Shown piece by piece: positions 29,626 through 38,052 of a DNA stretch of 64,000 bases. The notes under the pieces are model-generated. The model worked only from the letters and a program-made list of their open reading frames with translations, had not been told where the DNA came from and searched no databases. This DNA comes from Rhodocyclaceae bacterium (GTDB taxonomy: Bacteria > Pseudomonadota > Gammaproteobacteria > Burkholderiales > Rhodocyclaceae), in assembly GCA_011391215.1 (NCBI GenBank), contig JAABQX010000016.1, positions 12,201 to 76,200 on the forward strand, read 5' to 3'. Numbering within the stretch: position 1 is the stretch's first letter; each line of letters starts with the position of its first letter. The translations under genes were made by a program, and so were the position numbers.

Positions 29626-30216
29626 ATGCTTGATTCCCAAAATAAAAAAGATAAGTCGATACTCTGGCGCATGATTCTTGTCGGCGTATTGGGTGGCATC
29701 ATCATCTGGGGCGGCCTGAATACCGGCATGGAATACACCAACCGCACGGAGTTCTGTACCTCCTGCCACGAAATGACCATTCCCTTAGAGGAATTCAAGA
29801 AGACAATCCATTACAAAAACCGCAGCGGCACGACCGTGCAGTGTGCCGATTGTCATATTGCCAGCAGCAAGCACCCCTCCGACTACATGTTCAAGTCGTT
29901 CCAGAAGCTGATGGCTGCCCGGGATGTCATCGGTCACATCACCGGCATCATCGACACGCCGGAAAAATACGAGGAACAGCGGCTAACCATGGCCAAGCGG
30001 GTCTGGGAACGCATGAAGGAACGCGATTCCAAGGAATGCCGCAACTGCCACGACTTCAAGACGATGGACCCGGAAAAGCAGAAGGATCGTTCCGTGGTCA
30101 AGCACGAAGGCGCACAGGAAGACGGCAAGACCTGTATCGACTGCCACAAGGGCATTGCACACAAGCCGGTGCACCAGTTGCTCGAGCAGGAACAGGCCGC
30201 CAAGACAGAAGGCTGA
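29626..30216 (+). CDS. NapC/NirT-family membrane-anchored tetraheme quinol dehydrogenase
   Basis: N-terminal TM; FCTSCHEM, CADCH, CRNCH, CIDCHKGIAH. Confidence 0.93.
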   Translation: MLDSQNKKDKSILWRMILVGVLGGIIIWGGLNTGMEYTNRTEFCTSCHEMTIPLEEFKKTIHYKNRSGTTVQCADCHIASSKHPSDYMFKSFQKLMAARDVIGHITGIIDTPEKYEEQRLTMAKRVWERMKERDSKECRNCHDFKTMDPEKQKDRSVVKHEGAQEDGKTCIDCHKGIAHKPVHQLLEQEQAAKTEG

Positions 30217-30264
30217 CACGACAATATTTTTAGTAATAAATCCGTTAATTTCAGGAGTTGATCG

Positions 30265-31179
30265 ATGAAAAGAATTGCTTTGGCTGTAATGGGTGCAATG
30301 AGTGCAATGGTTGCCGGAAGTGCGTTAGCCGCTGCTCCCGACTGGAGCAAGGTCACCGAGCGCAAGGTCAAGCTGTTTTACCCCGGCCAATCCGGCATGG
30401 AGTGGATCATGAACAAGGCGGATCACTCCGCCGTGCCGGATATCGTCGACAAGAAGCGTGCGTGTGCCAAGTGTCATGAAGGTGATGCCGACGAGATCGG
30501 TGACAAGATTGTTGCCGGCAAGCCAGTTGGCAGTTCCAAGACCGTTCTGGAGCCGAAGCCGCCAGCCGGCAAGGTAGGCTGGATACCCGCCACCTTCAAG
30601 GCCGCCCATGATGGCGAAAAGCTCTACGTACGTTTTGAATGGGTGCCGCCGAAGAACGGCGACGTGAAGATGGACAAAAAGAATGAAGTCAAAGTGACCA
30701 TGATGTTCGATGGGGGTGGCACGGTCGAAGGCGCTGATCTGAATGGCTGCTGGAACACCTGCCACAACGACCTGCGCTCCATGAAGGATGCCAAGGACGA
30801 CAAGAAAACCAAATACACCAAGGGTGGCAGCCTGGACGGCGGCAAGTTCATGGACCTGATCCAGTATCGCAGCGGCAAGGGCGAGAAGCCGGTCGACGGC
30901 TATGTCACCGACAAGCGTTACATGGAAGGCGGCAAGGGTCTGGTCAAGGCCGAAGGCGTCAAAGAGGGCAACAAGTGGGTTGTCACCTTCGAGCGTGCGC
31001 TGGCCGGCGGCGGCAAGGGTGACCATGCGATCACCACTGACAAGATCTACAACTTCGGTTTCGCCATCCACGAGGACTTCACCGAAGCGCGTTACCACTA
31101 TGTCTCGCTGGGCTACCAGTTCGGTCTCGACAAAACCGTGGAAGGTGTGAAGTATTACTACAACGTCACCAAGCAGTAA
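30265..31179 (+). CDS. NirB-like diheme cytochrome c552 (ethylbenzene-dehydrogenase-related domain)
   Basis: Signal peptide; APDWSKV...LFYPGQ; CAKCH and CWNTCH (Cx3CH); NFGFAIH. Confidence 0.7.
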   Translation: MKRIALAVMGAMSAMVAGSALAAAPDWSKVTERKVKLFYPGQSGMEWIMNKADHSAVPDIVDKKRACAKCHEGDADEIGDKIVAGKPVGSSKTVLEPKPPAGKVGWIPATFKAAHDGEKLYVRFEWVPPKNGDVKMDKKNEVKVTMMFDGGGTVEGADLNGCWNTCHNDLRSMKDAKDDKKTKYTKGGSLDGGKFMDLIQYRSGKGEKPVDGYVTDKRYMEGGKGLVKAEGVKEGNKWVVTFERALAGGGKGDHAITTDKIYNFGFAIHEDFTEARYHYVSLGYQFGLDKTVEGVKYYYNVTKQ

Positions 31180-31231
31180 TAAGGGGAAGAAGTATCCGTA
31201 AGTTTGTATTCATCTACAGGAGGAGAGAACG

Positions 31232-31810
31232 ATGAAGAAAAAATGGAGTGGTTTAGCACTGGCAGCAGGCGCTCTGGCGTTTTCGGCGACGGCGTTTGCC
31301 GCACCGCCCAGTGCCGAGATGCTGGCCAATGCGTGTGCCGGCTGTCATGGCACCAATGGTGGCAGTGCCGGCGACACCATGCCGAGCCTGGCCAGTCAGT
31401 CCGCGTCATCCATCGTCGAGTCGATGCTCAAGTTCAAGAGTGGCGAGCGCTCGTCGACCATCATGGGACGTCTGGCGAAGGGTTACAGCGACGAGCAGAT
31501 CAAGGCGATGGGCGGCTTCTTTGCCAAGCAGAAGCTCCATGTCACCCAGCAGGTCACAGACAAGGCCAAGGTTGCCCAAGCCACGAAGATTCAGGAGAAA
31601 TCCTGCGGTCGCTGCCACCTTGATGAAGGCAAAGATGGTAAGGATGACACCCCGGTGATGGCCAGTCAGTGGCTGCCGTATCTGCAGATTCAAATGGATC
31701 TGTACACTTCAGGACACCGCAAGATGCCGGACAAGATGGCGGAGAAGGTCAAGGAGTTGTCCAAGCAGGATCTGGACGCGCTCATGCACTTCTATGCAGC
31801 CCAGAAATAA
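31232..31810 (+). CDS. fccA: Flavocytochrome c diheme subunit
   Basis: CAGCHGTNG, STIMGRLAKGYS, CGRCH; directly upstream of fccB. Confidence 0.82.
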   Translation: MKKKWSGLALAAGALAFSATAFAAPPSAEMLANACAGCHGTNGGSAGDTMPSLASQSASSIVESMLKFKSGERSSTIMGRLAKGYSDEQIKAMGGFFAKQKLHVTQQVTDKAKVAQATKIQEKSCGRCHLDEGKDGKDDTPVMASQWLPYLQIQMDLYTSGHRKMPDKMAEKVKELSKQDLDALMHFYAAQK

Positions 31811-31825
31811 GGGAGGACAACACAT

Positions 31826-33103
31826 ATGACACTAGATCGCAGAAGTTTTCTCAAGCTGCTCGCTGCAGGCGCCGGCGCTGCCGGCCTGCCGATGATCGGC
31901 CGCGCCGCCGAAATCATGCCCAAGAAGGGACGTCGCGTCATCGTCATCGGCGGTGGTTATGGTGGCTCCATCGCCGCCAAATACATTCGCATGATGGACA
32001 AGACCATCGAAGTCGTCCTGATCGAAAAGAACAAGCAGTATATTTCCTGCCCGTTCAGCAACCATCTGCTCGCCGGCTACATCAAGGATCTGTCGTCGCT
32101 GACGATCGGTTACGACAAACTGGCCGCCAATCACGGCATCACCATGGTGTATGACGAAGTCACCGCCATTGACCCGGCCGCCAAGACCGTCACGACCAAG
32201 GGTGGCAACATTGCCTATGACAAGCTCGTCGTTTCGCCCGGCGTCGATTTCCGCACCGAGGAAATCGAAGGCTATGACGCCAAGACAGAAGAACTGATGC
32301 CGCACGCCTGGAAGGCCGGTCCCCAGACCATCCTGCTGCGCAAGCAACTCGAGGCGATGCAGGACGGCGGCACCGTTGTCCTGACCGCTCCGCTGGCTCC
32401 GTTCCGCTGCCCGCCCGGGCCTTATGAGCGCGTCGCCATGGTCGCTGACTACCTCAAGAAGAACAAGCCGAAGTCGAAGGTCATCCTGCTCGATGCCAAC
32501 CCCGATATCGTTTCCAAGCCCACGTTGTTCAGGAAAGGCTGGGAGATGTACCCGGGCCTGATCGAATACCGCAAGGCTGCCAAGGTTACAGCGGTGAACA
32601 ACCAGGCCATGTCGGTCATGGTCGAAGGCATCGACGAGGTCAAGGGCGATGTCATCAGCGTCGTTCCGGCACAGCGTGCCACGGCGCTCATGGCGGGTGC
32701 CGGCCTGATCGGCGAAGACAAAAAGTGGTGCCCGGTCAACGCCACCACCTTCGAATCGACCCTGCACAAGGACGTCTACGTCGTCGGTGATTCCAGCAGT
32801 GCCGGCGCCATGCCCAAGTCGGGTTACTCGGCGAACTCGGAAGCCAAGGTCTGCGCCACCAACATCGTCGCCGCGATGAACGGCAAGGAACAGGTCGAAA
32901 TGTCCGGCATCAACACCTGCTACAGCTTCCTGTCCCATGACGAAGCCATCAGCGTGGCGGGCATCTATACGGTCAAGGAAGGCAAGATCGTCGGTGTGCC
33001 GAACTCCGGTGGCATTTCCAAGCTCGACTACTCGGATGCCAAACTGGAAGCGAAATATGCCAACAGCTGGCTGAAGAACATCCTCACCGAAATGTCGACC
33101 TGA
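31826..33103 (+). CDS. fccB: Flavocytochrome c sulfide dehydrogenase flavoprotein subunit
   Basis: Tat signal DRRSFLK; GGGYGG; SCPFSN; RCPPGPYER; MPKSG; NTCYS. Confidence 0.9.
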   Translation: MTLDRRSFLKLLAAGAGAAGLPMIGRAAEIMPKKGRRVIVIGGGYGGSIAAKYIRMMDKTIEVVLIEKNKQYISCPFSNHLLAGYIKDLSSLTIGYDKLAANHGITMVYDEVTAIDPAAKTVTTKGGNIAYDKLVVSPGVDFRTEEIEGYDAKTEELMPHAWKAGPQTILLRKQLEAMQDGGTVVLTAPLAPFRCPPGPYERVAMVADYLKKNKPKSKVILLDANPDIVSKPTLFRKGWEMYPGLIEYRKAAKVTAVNNQAMSVMVEGIDEVKGDVISVVPAQRATALMAGAGLIGEDKKWCPVNATTFESTLHKDVYVVGDSSSAGAMPKSGYSANSEAKVCATNIVAAMNGKEQVEMSGINTCYSFLSHDEAISVAGIYTVKEGKIVGVPNSGGISKLDYSDAKLEAKYANSWLKNILTEMST

Positions 33104-33123
33104 TCGACTTAGTTCATGCAGTC

Positions 33124-33158
33124 AAAAAAGAACCCCGCTTCGGCGGGGTTCTTTTTTT
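33124..33158. terminator. Bidirectional intrinsic terminator
   Basis: aaaaaagaaccccgc-ttcg-gcggggttcttttttt. Confidence 0.9.
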
Positions 33159-33180
33159 ACGCCTTTTCCATCAAGCAGGG

Positions 33181-33204
33181 AAAAGTCGGCTCTGGCAGTA
33201 CGGC
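33181..33204 (-). repeat. Dispersed 24-bp motif copy between fccB and dut
   Basis: aaaagtcggctctggcagtacggc. Confidence 0.85.
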
Positions 33205-33225
33205 GTGGCGTGCCTGATTTATCGC

Positions 33226-33687
33226 TTATGCCTTCCCGGTGCTGCCAAAACCGCCGGCACCGCGATGGCTTTCATCGAATTGTTCGACGACATTGAAGGC
33301 AACCTGCAACACCGGTACGACCACCAACTGCGCGATACGGTCGAGCGGGTTAAGCAGGAAGACTTCGTGGCCACGATTCCACAAGGAAACAAAAATCTCG
33401 CCCTGGTAGTCTGAATCGATCAGTCCGACCAGATTGCCCAGCACGATGCCATGTTTGTGACCTAATCCTGAGCGCGGCAGAATCATTGCCGCCAATCCGG
33501 GATCGGCCAGATGGATCGCGATGCCGGCCGGAATCAGCATCGACTCACCCGGATGCACACGCACCGGCGCCTCGATACAGGCGCGCAAATCCATCCCTGC
33601 TGCGCCGGGCGATCCGTAATGCGGTGCCGCTTCCCCACGATTGTCCTTGAGGCGCTGATCAAGGATGCGCACGTCGATTTTATGCAT
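33226..33687 (-). CDS. dut: dUTP diphosphatase
   Basis: [34 protein letters not shown]. Confidence 0.97.
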   Translation of the reverse strand: MHKIDVRILDQRLKDNRGEAAPHYGSPGAAGMDLRACIEAPVRVHPGESMLIPAGIAIHLADPGLAAMILPRSGLGHKHGIVLGNLVGLIDSDYQGEIFVSLWNRGHEVFLLNPLDRIAQLVVVPVLQVAFNVVEQFDESHRGAGGFGSTGKA

Positions 33688-33694
33688 GCCTCAG

Positions 33695-34888
33695 TTACCT
33701 CCCAATCATCTTCGAAATATGCTGCACGATGGCACGCGCAACGTCCAGTTTGTCGCCGGGTGGCAGGGGATGCGCACCCGCATCATCAAACAGCGTGACA
33801 ACATTGGCGTCGCCGCCCAGTCCGTCCTGCACCAGATTACCGACCACCAGCGGCAGGTGTTTGGCCCGCCGCTTGCCTTCGGCGTATTCGGCCAGATTCT
33901 GACTTTCCGCCGCAAAACCGACGCAAAAAGGTGCATTCGAGCCCCCCGCCACCTCGGCCAGAATGTCGGGGTTCGCCACCAGTTCGAGCGTCAGCGTTGT
34001 CGCACCTTTCTTGATCTTGTGTTCCATCGCTGCGGCCGGGCGAAAATCCGCCACTGCGGCGACAGCGATAAAAATGTTGGCCGGCAAAGCAGCCAGCACC
34101 GCCTCACGCATCTGCAAGGCGCTCTGCACGTCGATGCGCGTCACACCTGACGGCGTTGGTAGGGCGATGGGGCCACAGATCGCCGTCACGCCAGCGCCGA
34201 CTTCTGCACAGGCGCGCGCCAGCGCAAAGCCCATCTTTCCAGAGCTGCTGTTGGTCAGCCCGCGCACCGGGTCGAGCGCTTCGAAAGTCGGCCCGACGGT
34301 CAGCAATACCCGCTTGCCCGCGAGTAATTTAGGCTGGAAGAAAGCCATCAGTGCATCGAGTATCTCGGCAGGTTCGAGCATGCGTCCTTCGCCCACCTCT
34401 CCGCAAGCTTGCGCACCACTTGCAGGACCGAGCACGCTGACGCCATCGGCCTCGAGTTGTGCGACATTGCGCGCGGTGGCCGGATGTTCCCACATCTGGC
34501 GGTTCATGGCCGGGGCAACCAGCAAGGGGCAATCGCGCGCCAGACAGAGCGTCGAGAGCAGATCGTCAGCAAAGCCATGCACCAGCTTGGCGATGAAATC
34601 GGCGGTCGCCGGCGCGACCAGCACCGCATCCGCACCGCGTTCACCATGGGTCAGATCTATATGTGCCATGCCACCAGCAAAACGCTCATCCCAGAGCGAG
34701 GTGGCCACGGGATGTCCCGACAGTGCCTGAAAGGTCGCGGCGCCGACAAAGCGGCTACCCGCCTCCGTCAGCACCACGTCGACGGTGGCACCCGCCTTCA
34801 CCAGCAACCGTACCAGCTCTGCCGCCTTGTAGGCCGCCACGCCGCCGGTGACACCGAGCACGATGCGCTTGCCTTGCAGTGGGTTCAT
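33695..34888 (-). CDS. coaBC: Phosphopantothenoylcysteine decarboxylase/ligase
   Basis: GVTGGVAAYK, APAMN, ACGEVGEGRM, NSSSGKMG, AAVADF, VGFAAES. Confidence 0.97.
   Translation of the reverse strand: MNPLQGKRIVLGVTGGVAAYKAAELVRLLVKAGATVDVVLTEAGSRFVGAATFQALSGHPVATSLWDERFAGGMAHIDLTHGERGADAVLVAPATADFIAKLVHGFADDLLSTLCLARDCPLLVAPAMNRQMWEHPATARNVAQLEADGVSVLGPASGAQACGEVGEGRMLEPAEILDALMAFFQPKLLAGKRVLLTVGPTFEALDPVRGLTNSSSGKMGFALARACAEVGAGVTAICGPIALPTPSGVTRIDVQSALQMREAVLAALPANIFIAVAAVADFRPAAAMEHKIKKGATTLTLELVANPDILAEVAGGSNAPFCVGFAAESQNLAEYAEGKRRAKHLPLVVGNLVQDGLGGDANVVTLFDDAGAHPLPPGDKLDVARAIVQHISKMIGR
34182..34205 (+). repeat. Dispersed 24-bp motif copy inside coaBC
   Basis: gccgtcacgccagcgccgacttct (EVGAGVTA on the coding strand). 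Confidence 0.75.
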
Positions 34889-34929
34889 GACAGATAGAAT
34901 GTGGCTTTCGGAACAAGGGATTCTAACCC

Positions 34930-35610
34930 ATGGCGATCACCGACTGGCCCGACGATCAGCGCCCGCGCGAGCGGCTTTTGGCGCTCGGCCCGGGCGCGTT
35001 ATCCGACGCCGAATTGCTGGCGATTTTCCTGCGTGTCGGCATCACGGGTATGAGCGCGGTCGACCTGGCGCGCGCCCTGCTCGCCCATTTCGACAACCGC
35101 CTCGCCCGCCTGGCAGCCGCCACGCCACAGGAACTCACCGCCGTGAAGGGCATCGGCCCGGCCAAGGCAGCGCAACTCGTCGCAACGCTGGAACTCGCAC
35201 GGCGCGGCCTACACGAGGAACTGCGCCAGCGTGCCACCTTGAATGCCCCCCAGGCGGTACTCGACTGGCTGCGGCTGCGGCTCGGCACGCTGCCACATGA
35301 AGTGTTCATCGCCTTGTGGCTCGACGCACAAAACCGCCTGATCGCCGATACGGAGTTGTTTCGCGGCACCCTCACCCAGACTAGCGTCTATCCGCGTGAA
35401 GTCGTCAAGCAGGCGCTGGCACAAAATGCTGCCGCCGTCATCTTTGCCCACAACCACCCGAGCGGTATTACCGAAGCTTCGCACGCCGACGAACTGCTCA
35501 CCCGCACCCTCAAGCAGGCGCTCGCCCTAGTCGATGTACGGCTGGTCGATCATTTCATCGTGGCAGGCAATGCACCGCCTTTGTCGTTTGCCGAACGCGG
35601 CCTGCTGTAA
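34930..35610 (+). CDS. radC: RadC family JAB/MPN protein
   Basis: [34 protein letters not shown]. Confidence 0.95.
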   Translation: MAITDWPDDQRPRERLLALGPGALSDAELLAIFLRVGITGMSAVDLARALLAHFDNRLARLAAATPQELTAVKGIGPAKAAQLVATLELARRGLHEELRQRATLNAPQAVLDWLRLRLGTLPHEVFIALWLDAQNRLIADTELFRGTLTQTSVYPREVVKQALAQNAAAVIFAHNHPSGITEASHADELLTRTLKQALALVDVRLVDHFIVAGNAPPLSFAERGLL

Positions 35611-35640
35611 AAAATCCCTTAAAACAAAATCCCTTAAAAC
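35611..35640 (+). repeat. Perfect 15-bp tandem duplication upstream of the rpmB promoter
   Basis: aaaatcccttaaaac x2. Confidence 0.85.
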
Positions 35641-35642
35641 AC

Positions 35643-35671
35643 TTGCTTGTAGGCGCCACGCTCAGTAGAAT
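35643..35671 (+). promoter_or_regulatory. Sigma70 promoter for rpmB-rpmG
   Basis: TTGCTT-17 nt-TAGAAT. Confidence 0.55.
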
Positions 35672-35706
35672 GCTCGGCTTTCCGTAACGGATTAACTGGA
35701 GTTAAC

Positions 35707-35943
35707 ATGTCCCGCGTCTGCCAAGTGACGGGCAAGGCCCCGATGGTTGGGAACCACGTTTCCCACGCCAATAATAAAACCAAGCGTCGCTATCTGCCTA
35801 ACTTGCACGCCCGCAAGTTCTGGGTCGAAACCGAAAATCGTTGGGTGCGCCTGCGTGTTTCCAACGCCGGCCTGCGCACCATTGACAAGAAAGGCATCGA
35901 CGTCGTTCTCGCCGAGTTGCGCGAACGCGGCGAAGCCGTTTAA
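35707..35943 (+). CDS. rpmB: 50S ribosomal protein L28
   Basis: [24 protein letters not shown]. Confidence 0.98.
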   Translation: MSRVCQVTGKAPMVGNHVSHANNKTKRRYLPNLHARKFWVETENRWVRLRVSNAGLRTIDKKGIDVVLAELRERGEAV

Positions 35944-35957
35944 GGAGGTAACATCAC

Positions 35958-36128
35958 ATGGCCAGCAAAGGCGGACGTGAAAAAATCAAGCTCGAGTCCA
36001 CTGCCGGAACCGGGCACTTTTACACCACCAACAAGAACAAGCGCACCACGCCGGAAAAGCTCGAGTTCATGAAATATGACCCGAAGGCGCGCAAGCACGT
36101 GCTCTACAAAGAAATCAAGCTGAAGTAA
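35958..36128 (+). CDS. rpmG: 50S ribosomal protein L33
   Basis: Manual translation [56 protein letters not shown]; AGGAGG RBS. Confidence 0.97.
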   Translation: MASKGGREKIKLESTAGTGHFYTTNKNKRTTPEKLEFMKYDPKARKHVLYKEIKLK

Positions 36129-36150
36129 GTTCGGCTTTTTTCTGTATTGG

Positions 36151-36185
36151 AAACGCCAGCAAGGCAAGCGCCTGCTGGCGTTTTT
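36151..36185 (+). terminator. Intrinsic terminator after rpmG
   Basis: aaacgccagca...tgctggcgttttt. Confidence 0.75.
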
Positions 36186-36220
36186 ATTTGGTCTTGACAC
36201 TGTGTTTTGTTTGATCGGGA

Positions 36221-36376
36221 AGAAAAAAGAAGCGGTGCAGATTGCCGTTAAAACCGCATCTGGACCTGAGGGAAGGTATCCCAGATTGCGGATGAAGGAA
36301 TCCTTCAAGAATCGCCAAGATCAGGGGGGACATGGCGTTCTATCTGTAGCAATCTATTGTTAAGCACCGCTTCTTG
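36221..36376 (-). ncRNA. Candidate structured sRNA (~155 nt), sigma54-dependent
   Basis: 12-bp closing stem 36227-38/36364-75, further stems, U-tract at the 3' end, no ORF, starts ~12 nt after a -24/-12-like element. Confidence 0.5.
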
Positions 36377-36386
36377 CAATACCTAT

Positions 36387-36402
36387 ATCAAGAGCCGTGC
36401 CA
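36387..36402 (-). promoter_or_regulatory. Sigma54 (-24/-12)-like promoter
   Basis: TGGCAC-GGCTC-TTGAT (GA instead of GC at -12); upstream palindrome AATGCCA-CTC-TGGCATT (36498) and AATGCCACTTTGACAT (36530). Confidence 0.55.
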
Positions 36403-36551
36403 GCTACCATGCGATTTAAATATCCTCTTATAAACAGTTAGATACCCGCTTATAAACAACATGATATGCCATTGCATCACCAAGAGGCCAGAATATTAAT
36501 GCCACTCTGGCATTTTTAAGATGACAGATAATGCCACTTTGACATAGTCAG

Positions 36552-37898
36552 TCAGCGTAAATTACGCAGCTTGCGATAGAGCGTACGCTCGCTGATCCCC
36601 AACTCTGCCGCCAAAGCCTTGCGGTTGCCTTGATGCCGCACCAGGCGTTCGCGGAGCGCATTGACCGCAAGTTCCGACAGCGTGGGTGACGCGCCACCGG
36701 TCGGATACGCATTTGATGCCGTCCCGCCTGCGCCAACTTCCTGCGGAGCGCCCCACTGAATCGCCTCTTGAACTTCGATAGACAGATCTACGGGCTGGAT
36801 CGTGTCACCATCGCACAGCAACGTCGCCCGCTCCAGCACATTACGCAGCTCGCGCACGTTGCCGGGGTAACCGTAGTTCATCAGGCAGGCCATTGCTTCA
36901 GGGCTGATGTGCAGTTGGCGATTCGGCGCAACACGCGACAGCAAGGCTTCCGCCAGTAGCGGCACATCCGAACTGCGCTCGCGCAAGGCCGGCAGAACGA
37001 TCGGGAAGGTATTCAGGCGATAATACAAATCCTGACGGAAACGTCCGTCCTGCACCATCGCCCGCAGATTACGGTGGGTGGCCGAGATCAGGCGGATGTC
37101 GGCCTTGAGAAACTCGCTGGCACCGACCCGCCGGAAGGCGCCCGTTTCCAGCAAGCGCAACAACTTCACTTGCATCCCCAACGGAATATCGCCCAACTCA
37201 TCGAGAAACAGCGTGCCCCCGGAAGCCGCCTCGACCAAGCCGATGCGCCGCGCCGCAGCTCCGGTAAATGAGCCCTTTTCGTGGCCGAACAGCTCGCTCT
37301 CAAACAGGGTTTCCGTGAGACCGGAACAATCGACTGCGACAAACGGCTGCTCGGCACGCCGGCTGGCATCGTGGATCGCCTTTGCCACCAGCTCCTTGCC
37401 GGAACCCGACTCGCCTTGCAGCATTACTGTCGCATCAGAGGGCGCCACGCGCGACATCAGTTCGAGCATGCGGCGAAACGCCGGCGCACGCCCTACCAGC
37501 GCGCGTGCATCAGGCAGGCCATGCGAGACCCCCAGCGGTTCCATCTTCTCGATGAAATAAGCAACCTTGCCATCCCCGCCACACACCGGCGCAAGCTCGA
37601 TATTCACGTAAGCCTCGCCCTCCCGCGTATGGTGAAGATGCAATATCCGCTCGCGCTGCCCTGAAGCGAGGCTTTGCTTGAGCGGACAGGTTTCACCCGC
37701 CAGATCGCAAGGTTTGCTGTAATGGTGGGATACCGCATAACAGGTCTGTCCCACGACTGCCTGACCGCTGCCATAGATATGCCGGTAGGCCTTGTTGGCT
37801 GCGAGAATGTAATAGTTCGTATCGCACAGAATATGCGGTTCGGGCAAGGTATCGAGATAAGAAACCAACTCGGCGAGGGGTTGCATTGCCGTTGCCAT
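36552..37898 (-). CDS. Sigma54-dependent enhancer-binding protein, FisR-like (candidate sulfane-sulfur sensor)
   Basis: GESGSGKE, ESELFGHEKGSFTGA, Fis HTH; N-terminal C-x10-C-x6-C (CYAVSHHYSKPCDLAGETC). Confidence 0.85.
   Translation of the reverse strand: MATAMQPLAELVSYLDTLPEPHILCDTNYYILAANKAYRHIYGSGQAVVGQTCYAVSHHYSKPCDLAGETCPLKQSLASGQRERILHLHHTREGEAYVNIELAPVCGGDGKVAYFIEKMEPLGVSHGLPDARALVGRAPAFRRMLELMSRVAPSDATVMLQGESGSGKELVAKAIHDASRRAEQPFVAVDCSGLTETLFESELFGHEKGSFTGAAARRIGLVEAASGGTLFLDELGDIPLGMQVKLLRLLETGAFRRVGASEFLKADIRLISATHRNLRAMVQDGRFRQDLYYRLNTFPIVLPALRERSSDVPLLAEALLSRVAPNRQLHISPEAMACLMNYGYPGNVRELRNVLERATLLCDGDTIQPVDLSIEVQEAIQWGAPQEVGAGGTASNAYPTGGASPTLSELAVNALRERLVRHQGNRKALAAELGISERTLYRKLRNLR
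36718..36741 (+). repeat. Degenerate 24-bp motif copy in the EBP linker
   Basis: gccgtcccgcctgcgccaacttcc (EVGAGGTA). Confidence 0.6.
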
Positions 37899-38052
37899 AA
37901 GCCATACCTGTCAGTAGTTTTGTCGCAATTATGCCACCTAAGGCAGAGTCACATCAAAATTCATGGATCAACCGCCGGCTATTCATGGGTTGGAGCGCAT
38001 ATTGCTTTAGCGTTTCCTTATAATCCCGACATTCCCAGCCACAGGACATTGC

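Noticed and set aside
34283-34304. gaaagtcggccc partial motif in coaBC
   Set aside because: Explained by the conserved GPT.E peptide; the rest of the motif is absent
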